The position numbers were made by a program, and so were the translations under genes. Positions 39,591-64,000 of a DNA stretch of 64,000 bases are shown here, piece after piece. Positions within the stretch are counted from its first letter, which is position 1. The number at the start of each line of letters is the position of its first letter. The DNA comes from Amoebidium appalachense. Its lineage: Eukaryota; Protista; Ichthyosporea. The notes under the pieces were generated by a model. It was given only the letters and a program-made list of their open reading frames with translations, ran no database searches and was not told the origin of the DNA. Location: NCBI GenBank assembly GCA_963693365.1, contig CAVNZM010000012.1, forward strand, positions 1 to 64,000, written 5' to 3'.

Positions 39591-39624
<34 letters not shown>

Positions 39625-39758
39625 AAAAGATCGTAGAGAACTAAGCCAAAGGGTTATAACCCTTGTGCACTTACGAAAGAAGTTGGGCAAGCATATTGCT
39701 GTGTGTGTGTGTGTGTGCGCGCGCGCGCGCGCGTGTGTGTGTGTCTGTGTGTGTGTGT

Positions 39759-39789
<31 letters not shown>

Positions 39790-40092
39790 GTGTTTGTGCG
39801 TGTGCGCGTGCATGCGTGCACGCATATGCGGTTTAGTGTGTGTGTCCTGGCCATGAGGGGAAGGGGAGAGGGGTGACCGAGTGCACTAGGCCAATTCGAG
39901 GTGAAAAAAGAAGGACAACTAGACAGGCTGACCGAGGATGGGAGAGGGGAGGGGGGGGGGGGGGGGGGGGGGGGTATGGTGGTGGGTGGGGGTGGGGGGT
40001 GGGGGTGGAGGGGGGAGGTATGTCTAGATAGGAGACCAAACGGTGATAAACCTTATACACTACTAAAGGAATGAAATTCAATTAGATAAGCA

Positions 40093-40139
<47 letters not shown>

Positions 40140-40145
40140 TCTCTA

Positions 40146-40198
<53 letters not shown>

Positions 40199-41188
40199 CT
40201 CTCCCCCCCCTCCCCCCCACACACACACACCTCTCCCGGCCTCCCTCCCCCCCCTCCCCCCCCCTCCCCCCCCCCCCCCGGGCGAAATATCCCTTATCCC
40301 TTGCCATCCCCCGGCCTCCCCCCTTTTAATTTCCCCTGTCCCCCTTCCTTCCTCTCCCTCCCCGCTCCCCCCCTTTCTACCTGTGTGTTTTGCACGAATT
40401 GTGAAGTTCCACCCTCTCGACCGGCTCTGCTTCCCGACGAATGCCTGGCCAAGGTGAAACAACAGGTCACGTGACTGCTTTTTTTTTTTTTTTTTTAGTG
40501 ACTGCTTGCAGAAAGAATAGGCACATGTTACAACATGATGTGGCATATCACCCTCCCCTCTCACACACATACAGACACATACCGTAGACACATATCAGAC
40601 AGACACACGCACGCCCCTGTACACACACACACACACACACTCACAAACTCACAACACATGCCTTTAGAATACTGCAACAATTTTCTACGCCTGTCCATCA
40701 AAGTTATGACCAGTAACCGTTCTTGTGTATTTTGTAAATCATTTATGTGAACCAATGGAGCTAACATGTGCAAATAGCAACCTTTTTATTTTTTTTTATT
40801 TTTGGGAAGCCACATTTATCGTTCTGATTTCGTCCCACAATCAAGTGTGTCGTAATGCTCTCTACACCCCAAGTTTGGGCAGGTTCATTCACATTGGGTG
40901 GCCACTAGCCCGTTCCATTTGCACTAACAAGTGCATGCGTAGCTTATCATTCTTGAAACTAGGTTTTCGGCTGCCCATAAAACTTGCAAAAAGAATGTGT
41001 CTGGAGGCTGCCTGACTACTAGTATGTAACTCCCTCCCTCCTTCCATCTCCCCCTCTAAAGAACGAAACAAAAAAAAAAAGGAAGAACGAAGACAGCTGG
41101 GCCAATTACTTGGAACAATCATGGCACCATGTCACATATTTCTTCCTCGTTATCTTCTTTCGGCATTCGTATACCCTTCCCCCCTTCC

Positions 41189-41223
<35 letters not shown>

Positions 41224-41794
41224 ACACACACACACACATACACAAACACAAAAAAATCGAAATTCTGCATCTATAATGCCCCCTGGCTGCCTATTGAACC
41301 CCATTCATAATGCACTTACGTTATTTGTCCCACCCGATCGCAGTTGGACCCTTTTTGAACTTTTCCCAGTTCTTCTCATTCCCACAATCAAACACACTGC
41401 GTTTATCGTCGACACAATGCACCCTACTGGTTGGCCTGTTCACATTGACGACCAGCCTGTCACCTGTGCCCCTACACGTGCATGTCCTTGACTTGCATGT
41501 GAAAACGCTGCAGTCGGCTAACTCATAGTTACTAGTGCAGCAACCAGCAGGTTGTTGGTCATGCACAGGTGACTGGTTGCTCACATAAGCTGCAGAGGAG
41601 TTGACCTTATCCGAATAATTCAGCAGTTGGTAACTAATCGGCCAGGGACTCATGTAGTGTAGACAGCCATTTGCTTTGCCATGCCGATTGTTTCTCTTTT
41701 CCCCTTCTCCCCCAATTCTTCCCAAGGGAGGAGCGGTGGAGTGGAGGGGTTCTGGCATGGCCATTTTTTTCTTTCCTTTTTTCTTTCCCCGGGC

Positions 41795-42747
<953 letters not shown>

Positions 42748-43150
42748 GTGGGGCAACATTCCTCCCATCTAAATTCAGAGTCCCGTTCATGTATACTTGG
42801 CGTGATCAGCCCAATTCATTTTTTTTTTCGATGGCTGAAAAGGGTCTCTCGGAACGTTTCTGTTCAAAAAACCATGCTGCATGGGTCCAAATACGTAAAC
42901 CCTTGGATAGTACTGGTGCATTGCTTCTTCTTCTTTTCCTTATCGATCAATGTTTTGGTGTGCAGGTGAGGTTTGACGTATTTATCTCCCCCTCCTCCCC
43001 CTCCCCCCTACCATCACCACCCCCGATATCACCACCAAACATACATACCAGCACCACTGACACCTACGCCCCCCCCCCCCCCCCCCCCCCCCCCTACCCC
43101 CGCCTCTCCCCCCCCCTTCCCACCAAACACACACACACATGGGGACCCTC

Positions 43151-43181
<31 letters not shown>

Positions 43182-43191
43182 AAAAAAAAAA

Positions 43192-43227
<36 letters not shown>

Positions 43228-43621
43228 AAAAGAAAAGAAAAAACTTTGAAGAACAACTTCACCACGACCACAACTTGACACAGACACAACACAAAACAAG
43301 AAGAAAAAGAAGGAGAAGCTTTCTTCGAACACAAAGGTGAAAAGGTGAATTCCAAAAAGAAACAAAAATTGGTTTTGTCAGACAGGGGAGGGGGAATGGG
43401 ATGAAGGGTGTATGTATGTGTGTGTGTGTGTGTGTGCATGGAAGGGGAGAGGGAGGAAGGGGGGGTTGGGGGGGGGGGGGGGGGGGGGGAGGGGAAGTGT
43501 GGGAATCGATATCGGGAGGTTGCAGTCTTGCAGAGCGAGAAGCAAGGGCGGAAGAGGGGGGATGGGGGGGGTTACGCGTGTGTGTTGGCGGGGATGCACG
43601 TCGGGGAGCTTATACTGGGAA

Positions 43622-43655
<34 letters not shown>

Positions 43656-43676
43656 GGCTGGGGGGCAAAGGCCCGT

Positions 43677-43707
<31 letters not shown>

Positions 43708-44013
43708 GGGGGGGATGGGATTTAAATTTATTAATGACTATGAGAGGCTCCCGCGCAAAATAAAAGCAACCAATCACAGCAGCCACCTCGTGATATCACA
43801 TTCCAGTCCACAGTCACTGCTTGACGACCGGCCGCTGACTTGAGTCAGACAGTCAGCAGACGAGCAGACGAGCGTGGCACTGTGAAACTTTTGTGACCGA
43901 ATGAAGCTATAGTTTTATAAAGGCGGCACGGCGAATGGGAACAGCCCACATATGCACTCCTTAGCAACGCTGCAGGCACGGTGTAGCGCCTTCAGGTCTA
44001 GCACATAGGGACC

Positions 44014-52705
<8,692 letters not shown>

Positions 52706-53808
52706 GGTGTGATGATGTCTGTTCTTTCTTTTTAACTTGTTCTTTTCTTTTTTTTTTTTTTTTTTTTTTTTTTCCCCAGAAATGCAGGGGGGGGGGGGGG
52801 AGTGTGTCATGACTATCTCATGCCATATATGGTATCTAATGCCATATATGGTATCTAATGCCACATATGGTATCTGTGTCTGTAAGGCACGTGTACGTAC
52901 ATGGCCCATTGAACAGTCTGTGATGTATCGCCAGCATCAGTTTTTTAAAATAACAAGTAAACAATGTGTACATGCCACTCGATGCAAGAGAGCCTCCCCC
53001 CCCCCAACCTTCTTCCCGCCCTCCAGCCCGCCACTTGCAATGCACACACATGCCCACCAGCACATGTACACACTTGCACACTATTCTGTCACTTCAACAG
53101 CACACAGGACTGAGGTGCCATCATTGGCACATCCAGTCTGCCATGGTATCCCCTTAAATGATCATGCCACTTATATCCTTGCAAATGTATAATACTATAC
53201 TATATATCCTGCCCAATTTCTCGCGGCGGGGACGCGGCCGGCACACTTTAGACCGGTACACTACCTACATTCCAATCGTACGGCGATTTGGCATGCAAAG
53301 AAAACGAGAGATCGGCCACACCACATGCACGACCATCCACGTGTACAGACAAGATATGTTGGTATATTTGCGCATGCGAACTAGGTGCAGGTGCATTAAG
53401 TAAAATTCAGTAATACCTTATAGTATCAAGTTACTTGGCAGCCCGACAGAGAGGAGGCGGGTAGGGGGGGAGAAGCGGGGGAGCTCGAGGGGGAGGCTGG
53501 GGGAAGGGGCGGGGGAGGCCGGGGGCGGGGGAGTTGGTTGATAGTTGCATACATATGCATATCACGGTAGCCTGAGAACGTGTATACATAAATCTGACAT
53601 GGCAGTAAAAAATAGGTTATTTTCTGTTTGAGCTATATAGTTTCGGATTCATGGGGAGAAAGGGGTTCTGTGTGTGTGTAGGCAGTGTGCGCGCACGTGC
53701 GCGTACATGTGTACAGTACTTAAGGTTGTGGGGGGGTTTTTTTTGGGGGCGGACCCCCCCCCCCCCCGGGGGGGCCCATCATCTGTTGCAATGGGGCTGA
53801 GTGGATCT

Positions 53809-53839
<31 letters not shown>

Positions 53840-53929
53840 CCCCCCCCCCCCACTTCCCCCCACCAAATTTTTAAAAAAAAAGAAGAGGAAAAGAAAAGAA
53901 AAACCCTGCTAATCAACCCTTCCTCCCCT

Positions 53930-54510
<581 letters not shown>

Positions 54511-55736
54511 GGAAAAGGGAGGGATAAGGAGAGGGAAAGAGAGAGACGGAGGGGGCAGGCAGGAAGAGGGATACTATGTGAGCTATGGCAGGGAGGGAAA
54601 GTGAAAGAAAGACTTTGGGCCTTCTCCACCCTGCTGTACACCTGCCGAACCACCCACCAGAGAGCAAAAGTCCACTATGAAAAACCGCTGCCCTTAGTAT
54701 ACACCCACACATACTCGCTCACGCACACTTGACGGCTGGCAGGTATACTGTATGACATGCACACAGATCCACTTTGTAAGGTGCAAACACACACGTGCAC
54801 ACGGACACAAATTGCTGCAATCGCCGATTACAGGAGAGCACAACCACGAGATTATGTGCACACACACAATAACCAACACAACTGCACACACATATACACC
54901 CGCATTCGCATAAAGCCCCACAATATTAATTTAAGTGCACACACGGAGTCCAGGCAAAAAGTGTTCAAACCACTTCTGAAGTTTAGCTCTTGCAAAAGTA
55001 CACGTAGTCACAGACAAACACGCACACACATCGTGTCAAATTCTATGGGGCTTTGGGGACCAAGGGATTTCTGGTGAGGGGTGAGAGTATTTTATCTTTT
55101 GCTGTTTGTGTGTTCTTTATGTGTTTGCAATTTTTTTGTGTTCCTTCGGCCTTCATTCCTCTGTCATGTTTTACTGCCCTGCTGTGCGGGCGGGGGATGT
55201 GCTCGACGGTGATTGGCTGCGCGATGATTTTGGCGCCCAAGCCGAATACAAACAGTAAACATGCAAATATGTAAAACCCCTCTCTAGAAATAGATAAAGG
55301 GGGCTCTTCTTTAGTTTTTACTCAGCTGCTACGGTTTTGTGGCCCTGGGGATCTTGAAGCCGGAAGACCTTTCCTCTGCCCCGTACGCGTTGCCGCGGCC
55401 GCCGTGCAGGTCTTTCAAGTTCCACCCAAGGAACAGGTGCTTGCACACTCCTCGTTTTCCTTGTCCCTGCCAGGGCCATTACATAAAACAGGTAAGAACA
55501 TGCACATATTGCTAGGGCAGTGTCTCGCAGCACACTGAATTTGAATTGGGGTCTGGTGGGGTGTTGGGAACAAAGACGCAAGGCAACAAAAGAGAACTAC
55601 ATAAGAGGGTGGGCGAGGGGGAGGGTTGGCGCATTTGTATTTGCCTGTCTGTTTCTTGTGCGCTTGCTAAGAGAAGTGTCCGAATTCCACTTTATTCCCC
55701 TCTCCTTCAACCTTTTAGCGAAACCCCCCCCCCCCT

Positions 55737-55771
<35 letters not shown>

Positions 55772-55851
55772 TCCCCCCCCCCCCCCTTATTCACGTGCCA
55801 ACTCCCCCACCCCTCCTCTCCCTGACCCACCCTCTCTTCCCCCCCAGCATC

Positions 55852-56578
55852 ATGCCTGGCCGTGGTCGTCCCCGCAAGCGTCCCGTTGAGGACGAGGCAG
55901 GCGCCGAAGCCAAAAAGCCAAAGGTTGACGACACAGAGGTGAGCACCCCCCCCCCCCCCCCCCCCCCTTCCCCCCCCCTCCCCCCCTTCCCTACTCTTAC
56001 CCCCCCCCCCCCCCGCCCCGTCCCATCCTCGCTGCCCCCCCCCCCCCCCCCCCCCCCCCCTTCCCCCCCCCCCCAGCATTCTTACCCTCCACTAGCCCCC
56101 ATGCCTGGCCCACTCTGCCGTCTTATCCGTTGCATCATATAATGTAACTGCACAGCAGGCACATCACATAACACTCTGTGGACTCCAGTAATTGGGAATG
56201 TTGCCCCTCTCTCTTCTCCCCCAGCCCCTCCTCCCCCCTCCCAACCCCATCATATTGTTGCTCTTCTGCACCCAGGGGAACGTGGTAACAGAAGGATGGT
56301 ACTAGTAGGCACCCCCAAAGCTCGCATGGACACATAGACAAGCACGTGTGCACGCACGGTAACGCACAGACACACACAGAAGCACACATGCACGGGGCCG
56401 TTCGCTTGGACTAAAACACAAATACAGGGACAAACCAAACACACAGAATGAGGGAAAGAGAGTGGGAGAAAGGGAAAACGGAAACTGAAACCTGGTTCTC
56501 TTTTGCGTCCCTCTCCGCCTTCCCCCCCCCCCTCCCCCCCCCCCTCCCCCTTTCCCCCCGACACACAGACAGAGAAGG

Positions 56579-56659
<81 letters not shown>

Positions 56660-56767
56660 CGCACGCACGCACGCACGCACGTACGCACATTCACATTTCA
56701 GTAAGCAGTGTACGAGCACACTCACCTGCATGCTCCCATTCCTCTACCATTACACCATTACTACCCC

Positions 56768-56798
<31 letters not shown>

Positions 56799-57002
56799 AA
56801 AAAAAAGAAAAAAGAAAAGAAAGAGAGAGAGAGAGAGAGAAGAAGAAGAAGAAGAAAAGAATAAAGAAAGCAGCTAACATGCCCATTTGGCCGGAATCGA
56901 GCCGGACTCGAGCTCGAGCAAGCACTTGCTCAAGACGTATTATATCACACTAACACACACGTATGCCCGTACACACACACACACCATTACACAACACACA
57001 TA

Positions 57003-57076
<74 letters not shown>

Positions 57077-57641
57077 GGCGCCTCAGGAGAAACGTGGCCG
57101 TGGCCGACCCCGCAAGGACCCCAGCACCAAGGCGCCCCCCAAGGCCCCTGCCGTGCCTGGCCGTGGCCGTGGCCGCCCAAGAAAGGATGGCTCGGCCCCA
57201 GCCAAGAAGGAGGATAAGCCTGCAGTAGAGGAAAAGAAAGAGGATGAGCCTGCGGCAGCAGAGGATAAGAACGAGGAGGTGGTTGAAGAGAAGGAGGTCG
57301 AGGTGAAGGGCAGTGGGCTGAGTGTTGGGGACATGTGCCCTGACTTTGAGCTGCAAAACGATGAGGGGGTGACGGTCAAGGCCAGTGAGCTCTATGGGGA
57401 CAAGGGGATTATTGTGTTCATGTACCCTAAGGCAAACACGGGGGGCTGCACAAAGCAGGTAGGTGCCTGCATGTGCCCCCTGCATGTCTGCATGCATGGG
57501 GGTTGCTTCCCCTCTGGTTTACTGCACGGTAACACATAACCATCACAGACACGATTATGCCTGGTTAGGGGGTTTGCCGTGTAGGAATGTGGGTGTTTAT
57601 GACTATCTTTGTTGGGGTCGAGGGGAAGGAGGGGACGGAAG

Positions 57642-57699
<58 letters not shown>

Positions 57700-59287
57700 G
57701 TTGGCGGGGATGGGGGATGGGGTGGGGGGGTGTTTGGGAGGGGAGGGAGGGGAGGGGCTGGGGCTAGGGGTTGGGACGGGCTTGAAAGGAAATGGGTGGT
57801 ATCCTATGGCGGTAGCAGCAACGTGTGGACACACGTGTGTGTGGGCTGGCCGTGCGGCCTTGTGCTTACTCCCCAATAGGCGCAGGGCTTCAAGGAGCAC
57901 CACCCCCAGATCACGGCTGCAGGCTATGCCGTGTACGGCCTCAGTGCTGACTCCCCGAAGAGCCAGGCTAACTGGAGGGCAAAGTACGACCTGCCGGTAC
58001 GTGCCAACACATGTGTGCACGTGCGTGCTCGCTCCACGGGTGGTGACTGTGCCGAACAGTATGCTCCTGCGTTGAGCTTACAAGTGCATGGGCCCGCACA
58101 GAGCGTGCACGGCTTGTTCCCCCCACTATATGTGCATGTGCCCCACGGTATGCACATCCCCTCCTGCAACTGTATGTTCCCTGCCATAGGTCGTCTCTCT
58201 GTTCTTGTGTTCTTGTTTGCTGGACGCTGTACAGACGCCTAGTTCTGCCTGCTACTTGAGGTTGCCACCCCCCCCCCCCTCCCCCCCCCCCCCCCCCCCT
58301 CCCCCCCTCATACGCATTTTTCGCATATTCCGGTAGGTTTGTCTGTCCGCCTTGTATGCAAACGCTAACAGCCACCCCACTAATGCACAGTTCAACCTGC
58401 TGTGTGACCCGACCCTCGAAACTATCAAGAAGTTCGGCGCATTCAAGGTACCCCTCGTTGTTGTCATTATATCTGATGTATATATATGTGGCCTGCACCG
58501 TGCCCTCGGTGTTGTCTATATCTAATGCCCACCTATGCCTGCACATTATCCTCGTTATTGTCACTCAATCTGGTGTCCATACATCCTCTCCCCTCCTCAA
58601 GCCAGTGCACTCTACCGACTCCTATCCCTGATCTCCTGTGGGCTGAATAATTGTGGTGGTGGTGGTAGTTCGCGCTGGTTGGCAGTGCATGCGCGGCAAT
58701 CTTTTGTGTCTGCCGTGATTTTCGGTGCCTGCACTGTTATTCAGTTGGTCTCTGCAATGATGAAGGTCCTGTGGTAATTCGTCTGTACGTCCTGCATGCC
58801 TGCCTGTGCTATGCTGCTGTTGGTGATGGAGGCGTGGGAGAGAGAGTGTGTGTGTGAGGTTTGATTGATTTCAGACCCTTGCTTTTGTTTTTATCGTGAG
58901 TGTGCCCATCCCCTTCCCCCCTCCTCCCCCCCCCCCCCCCCCCCCCCCCCCCTTCTCCCTCCTCCTCCCCAGTCCCCTGGTTTACACAAAAGACACAAAA
59001 AGCAGGTGTTGTGTAGATATCTTTTGTGTGTAAAAAAAGGGGGGGGGAGGGAGGTGTGTGTGTGTGTGTGTTTGGGGGGGGGGGGGGGGGGGGTTGTTTG
59101 GTGGTGGTGTTGGGAGGGGTTGGGGGGGGGGAATTGCGCCCTAACATTGAAGGTATTGCTGCAGGGGCCCAAGAATATCCGACGGTCGCACGTGGTGATT
59201 GAGAAGGGAGGCAAGATCAAGGATATCCGCATTGATATCTCCCCGGGGGATAGCTTCAAGGAGGCTGTGGCCACGGTCACAGCATAG
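55852..59287 (+). CDS. Peroxiredoxin Q/BCP (Dot5-like) fused to an N-terminal region with three AT-hooks
   Basis: Exons 55852-55938, 57078-57458, 57880-57996, 58391-58447, 59165-59287. GRGRPRK occurs three times; motifs VGDMCPDFEL, YPKANTGGCTKQAQGF, VYGLSADSPKSQ, LLCDP, RSHVVI. Probable 5' UTR intron at ~55492-55847. Confidence 0.92.
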
Positions 59288-59315
59288 ATGGCACGCACGT
59301 GTATGTCTATCACAT

Positions 59316-59376
<61 letters not shown>

Positions 59377-59960
59377 ACACACAGAATCACACACCCACAC
59401 AAACAGGTGTGCTCAGAGGAGAATTTTGAGCACGGACAAGCATGATGATAGCAGTAGTGGATAGAATCACAGCGTAGCAGTGGCACGTGAAACCTGCACG
59501 TGTATGCAGATATATCCCAATATCTAGTTCATGGAGCATAATCATAAATGTTGCAATAAATGACCAGCATGCCATTGGCACCCAACCTATATTCTGCAGG
59601 GAAACAATGCAGTACTGTGTATGGAGACCAAGAACGAAGTGTTATATTTTGGTTTGCTTGGGGCCAGGCTAACAGTGCAATGACGTTGCACACATCACTG
59701 AGATGAGCGCACGAACAGTCATAGACAACAAATCGTGCATGCATTCGCATGTGGCACCCACCAAGGCGCTTTGCCACTACCAAGCACTTTCGCCAACACA
59801 ACCTTGTCATGCAATCTGATTTAGATGTGTGCAGGATGGTGCACGTGGGTGATTGCATAAGGAGTTCGCCACGGCCAATTGTTTGCTAGTGCCATGCCCG
59901 TGCATGTACATGGGTACTTGCGGGGGCAGAAGGGCCGCGGGCTGGGTGGGTGGGGTGGAA

Positions 59961-60004
<44 letters not shown>

Positions 60005-60520
60005 GATAATATATGGTTAAGCTGACGCATGCACACCGTGCAAGGGGGCAGTGCACCAGTGCTAGCTAGTGTGATGACGACCGGCCGTGGGCAGTACGAA
60101 GGACCCGATCATGACGGATTACACAAGAGAGAGTGCCCACCACACACAAAGTATGCCTTGCAGAGGGGGAGGGGGTTTGGCTGTGATTGGCTGCACGGTT
60201 CTAGGAAAGTAATTTCTGCAAGCCCACATGCCTGTTGTGGGCTCTATTTACTGGCTATGCTAATAAAAACTCTTTCGTTCTTGTGGTGGCTGATATTGCC
60301 CGTGTAGCGGTACAATCATTCGTAAAGGCCTTCTAGTCTGCTGGCCATGTGGCCGCACTACAACAAGAGTGCCACTTGCACTCGGTCCGTGTCCCTACCT
60401 TCGAAACTTGCCCTCTGAAGCACAGAGGGGGAGTGAAAAACTAGGGAAAAAACGCTTGTCCCAACTCAAAACGACCGAACAACGAAAAATGATTCAGAAA
60501 AAAACCTGCTACCCCACCTA

Positions 60521-61342
60521 CTACTGTTCCACGAGGGACTCGAGCTCCAGACAGAATAGATACTTCTTGTTTGACTTTGCGTGCAAACCATCTTTGAGTG
60601 CCTTGGGCACCGTGTATGCCACAAACCGCACAGGGCTATCTCCAAAGAACCAGTTGAGGCCCACGGCGTGCAGGCCGGGCACGTTGACCAGCTGCCACGT
60701 GCACCAGTCCACGTACATACTGTGGAACGACATGGTGTACGTGTGCGTGCTGTGGTACTCCTTGACCGCGTGCTTCTCCGCCTTTGTCATCAACTCCGGG
60801 AGCATGTCCACGCCTAGGGCAGGGGGCTCTTCACCCGGTGGGGTGATGATAAGTCTGTCTGCTGTGGTGTTGAGGGGCATAGTGATGTGAGGAAGCTCCA
60901 TGCCGTCGTCGCTACCGTAGCTGGCGTGGGCCTGGTGCACGAGGGCGTGCAGCAGCTGTAGCACCATGCTGCTTGCAAACCTGCTCCACATGCCCATCTC
61001 AAGCTGGTGGGGGCACTCCAGGCCAATAAACACCTCCTCATCTTCGTGCACATCCAGCAGCTTGCCCTGCACCTGGATCTCAAACATGCGCTTCTTGCCG
61101 GCAAAGTAAGGCGCATAGTAGGTGTCCTCGGGGTCCAGCTTAAACTTCAGAAGTACGTGGCCGTCAAAGTGCTTGTTCTTGACCGCCACGGGTACGCGCG
61201 AGTTTGGCGTTATCTCCTTGCTCACTTCACCACACAGGTCCCTAATGCGCAGGGGCACAGTGGGTGGGGGTGGCACTTTCAGCGTCTGTGTGGACTTCAG
61301 TGGAGACACAAGGGTCTCGTGTGCTGCTACGATAGGCTTCAT
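60521..61342 (-). CDS. DUF1769-like protein (single coding exon, 273 aa)
   Basis: Clean GC3-rich ORF. YFAGKKRMFEIQVQGK, HASYG, YTMSFHSMYVDW..W..PG, FFGDSPVRFVAY resemble DUF1769 family members as recalled. Confidence 0.75.
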   Translation of the reverse strand: MKPIVAAHETLVSPLKSTQTLKVPPPPTVPLRIRDLCGEVSKEITPNSRVPVAVKNKHFDGHVLLKFKLDPEDTYYAPYFAGKKRMFEIQVQGKLLDVHEDEEVFIGLECPHQLEMGMWSRFASSMVLQLLHALVHQAHASYGSDDGMELPHITMPLNTTADRLIITPPGEEPPALGVDMLPELMTKAEKHAVKEYHSTHTYTMSFHSMYVDWCTWQLVNVPGLHAVGLNWFFGDSPVRFVAYTVPKALKDGLHAKSNKKYLFCLELESLVEQ

Positions 61343-63090
61343 AATGCCTGACGCGCTACTAAACTTTAACTGAAAAGGCAGAGGAAACAGCAAAAGTATA
61401 GATATAGCGCACACGAAAAAAAGGGGTGAAAAAAGTTGATACCAAAAGTTGCTGTGACAGACAACAGCAGCAAGAACGCCCCGGCGTTTGCACGTTCAAT
61501 GATGAGTGACAAGCCTTCCAACAGGTGACCCTGTGCTATTCGCGGAGAGCCAATTAGCGTGGAGCTGCAGCGGATTTTTGGCACAGCTAATTGCGTTATG
61601 TTTGCCGAGCTAAAGCGGATCAAGTAACTCACTTGAGCCGCTTTTGATAGTAAAATATAAAACTTTGTATTAATTAAACGAAGGAAAGAGCGAATTAGAA
61701 GATAATGATGTGTTTCTGGCGGTTTATTATGTATTGAAATTTCTCACTAAAAGCGGCGTGGAAGCGCTATTTTGCCCACTTCTTAAGATGGCCAATTGTG
61801 TGCTTGTGGGGTGATCAATATCAGGGATTGCACTACGAATCGTATTGACCTAAATTACGATTTAGAAAAACCCGCAATACGAATAAGAAAGGGCATTCGA
61901 TTAGTAAATACGACAGTCAGGGCTGTAAACAACCCTGGAATTTGCCCAAATACGATTAACAGCGCCAAACCCGGGCAATGTCTGATCAATATTGAAATCC
62001 GATTGGATTCCTCGCGAACTCGGCTCATACCATTACATTTATTTGTAGATTGGCTTGATATAATTATTCTAGGGAATAATTCGATATATGATATATCGGA
62101 ACCAAAAATGACAGCATGCCTTATAGAGGTACTCCATTCACTATACTAACCAGCCTTTCTCACTCTTATTGCTGCTTTTTACATGAAAGTACAGGTGCAT
62201 TCTGTGGGTTAGTACCGACATGGTGACATTACGCGGGGGATTCCGAGAATTTCCGAGTCGACAGCTTTTATCACTACGGTAATTGCCGTGCATGACCTTT
62301 ACCCAATCAACGTTTTTAAGGGCCCTTAAACACACAGGCTCCTTCGACGAATTCAGCCTAGTTTATGAAGTTGTATTGCTGCGGACATCGTCAGGGGCCC
62401 AGGCCTACTGTAACCCAAGTGTGTAAACCCAGGCCTACTGCGTTTTCCAGCGCAGCCAATCAAATGCAGCTAGTGACTTGTGTACACTGTGTGCAATAAA
62501 ACAACCCAATTGTAGTATAGATTATGGATAAGCAGTTCGAAGCTAGCATTGGTAGCTCCGAGAGAAAGCGTATCACAATATCATACTGTATATACTAGCC
62601 ATTTCTTGGGCCCGCGGCCGCCCGCAGGGCAGCCGCATACGGGCCAGACACACATACACACAGACCGTGCACACACACACAAACACACAGACACACACAC
62701 ACATGTGCGCACGCCAAGTCGCGCGCCAACATGTATCAAATCAAGCACCATCGTTAACCAGAAAAGGGTAGTCTTGAAACGGCTTGGCAACTCTGTGATT
62801 GTGAAGTCTTGCCAATGCATGTGCATGGCCAACAACCCGCCAAACGGCACAGGCCTGACACACGTGCGCGCACCCGGCGCACGCAAGCACGTACTCAGGG
62901 GTTAAAATTACAGTGCCACTTGGCAGTTAAAAAACCACCTGAAATCCGAAAAAAGCCACTTGACGCGAACCGCTAGTTCCACTGAAATCTGTGCCAGTGG
63001 CACTGTGAAACTATATCTAGATCTCTTGGGCCAATAGGCTGGGTACAGATACTCTATCCACAGTACTGCAGATCTTGTAGATTCAAGGCT

Positions 63091-63740
63091 ATGTCCATAC
63101 TAGCCGACCCCAGACTGCTCCCAGCCGAACGGAGCCTCCTCAAGCTCAACAAGGGGCCCGCACAGGCAACCATCGGAGCCGTCAGAGGCAACACTCGTAG
63201 CCTATCCCTGGCTATGGGCACCCTGCCTACCATGACACGGCTACACCGACATCACCCCACCGTCGTTACACAGCCCACATGCCCCCGGTGCAGCCAGCAC
63301 CCTGAGATCACCACTCACCTCTGGGCCTGCCCGGCCCATGCCGGGGAGGTCCCCACCTTGACCACAGCCATCACAGCCTGCATCCACAACGTCCTGCACA
63401 CTCGTCATCCAAACACCCCCCGGCACAGCACCAACATACGGCAGCCACGGTGGTAGACCAATGTGCATGGATAATAACTGGATAGGAGGCAACGGTACCG
63501 GTGACCCACGAGACCCCGAAGACATCAAGTGGGTCGAACGGGGATTCTGCCCACGATCGGTGGGCCCACTACTTGCAGCCACCGGCACCACCAAGACCAC
63601 CACCCGGGCCATCTTAGGAAAAATCACAGTAGAGTTGCAGTCCTTTTTCTTTTCAAAAATTTGGCACCCACGGAACACAACACTCCCCCCCCACCCACCC
63701 CAAAATGCAAAAACACCACCATATACCCACCACCCGTAGA
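63091..63740 (+). pseudogene. Non-LTR retrotransposon (LINE) ORF2 C-terminal remnant, 5'-truncated and frameshifted
   Basis: LPTMTRLH...CPRC..EITTHLWACP (zf-RVT-type CCHC), then a shifted frame with IWHPRN (IW..RN motif); stop at 63454-63456. Confidence 0.75.
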
Positions 63741-64000
63741 AAGAAACGTATGGCTCCCCAAAAACCCAAGACACACACAAATACACCCCCCACACACACC
63801 CGGCCAACCTGTTCTGACTGCCGGAACACACACAGACCCAGTGTGCCCTGTAAAACCCACCTTTTAGTTCACAAAAACATCGCCACAACATACGTACAAC
63901 AACACTTATAATGTTAGGCAGCAACCCCCCATCCCCACCACCACCACACCCCATCATCCACCCATACTCACCGTAAATACTATACACAACACTTAGGACT

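Overview
Intron-rich eukaryotic genomic DNA saturated with (CA/GT)n, (GA/CT)n and poly-G/C tracts. Gene content looks opisthokont; a unicellular holozoan such as an ichthyosporean is a weak guess. Most ORF-track entries are microsatellite artefacts, so genes were rebuilt by hand from GT-AG junctions with consistent reading phase. The left ~15 kb is a transposon cluster. A spliced Plavaka-type (CACTA-related) transposase on the minus strand runs off the window start and lies head-to-head with a 6-exon KDM4/JMJD2-like JmjC histone demethylase gene whose catalytic and zinc-binding residues appear intact. The introns of both genes, their intergenic region and a ~1 kb right flank share a dense TGTTACC/GGTAACA-type motif that fades just before a candidate ...GGGGTG terminus at 13667. 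The best candidate for a new system is therefore a DNA transposon carrying its own H3K9/H3K36 demethylase (possible anti-silencing cargo). This is followed by the 3' end of a tyrosine-recombinase retrotransposon with split direct repeats and a MITE-like element. The rest holds host genes: a phosphodiesterase/NPP-family ectoenzyme, HINT3-like, a motif-degenerate DEAD-box protein, an unknown protein with a LIR-like motif, ALG11, an AT-hook-peroxiredoxin Q fusion and a DUF1769-like protein, plus LTR-gag and LINE remnants.
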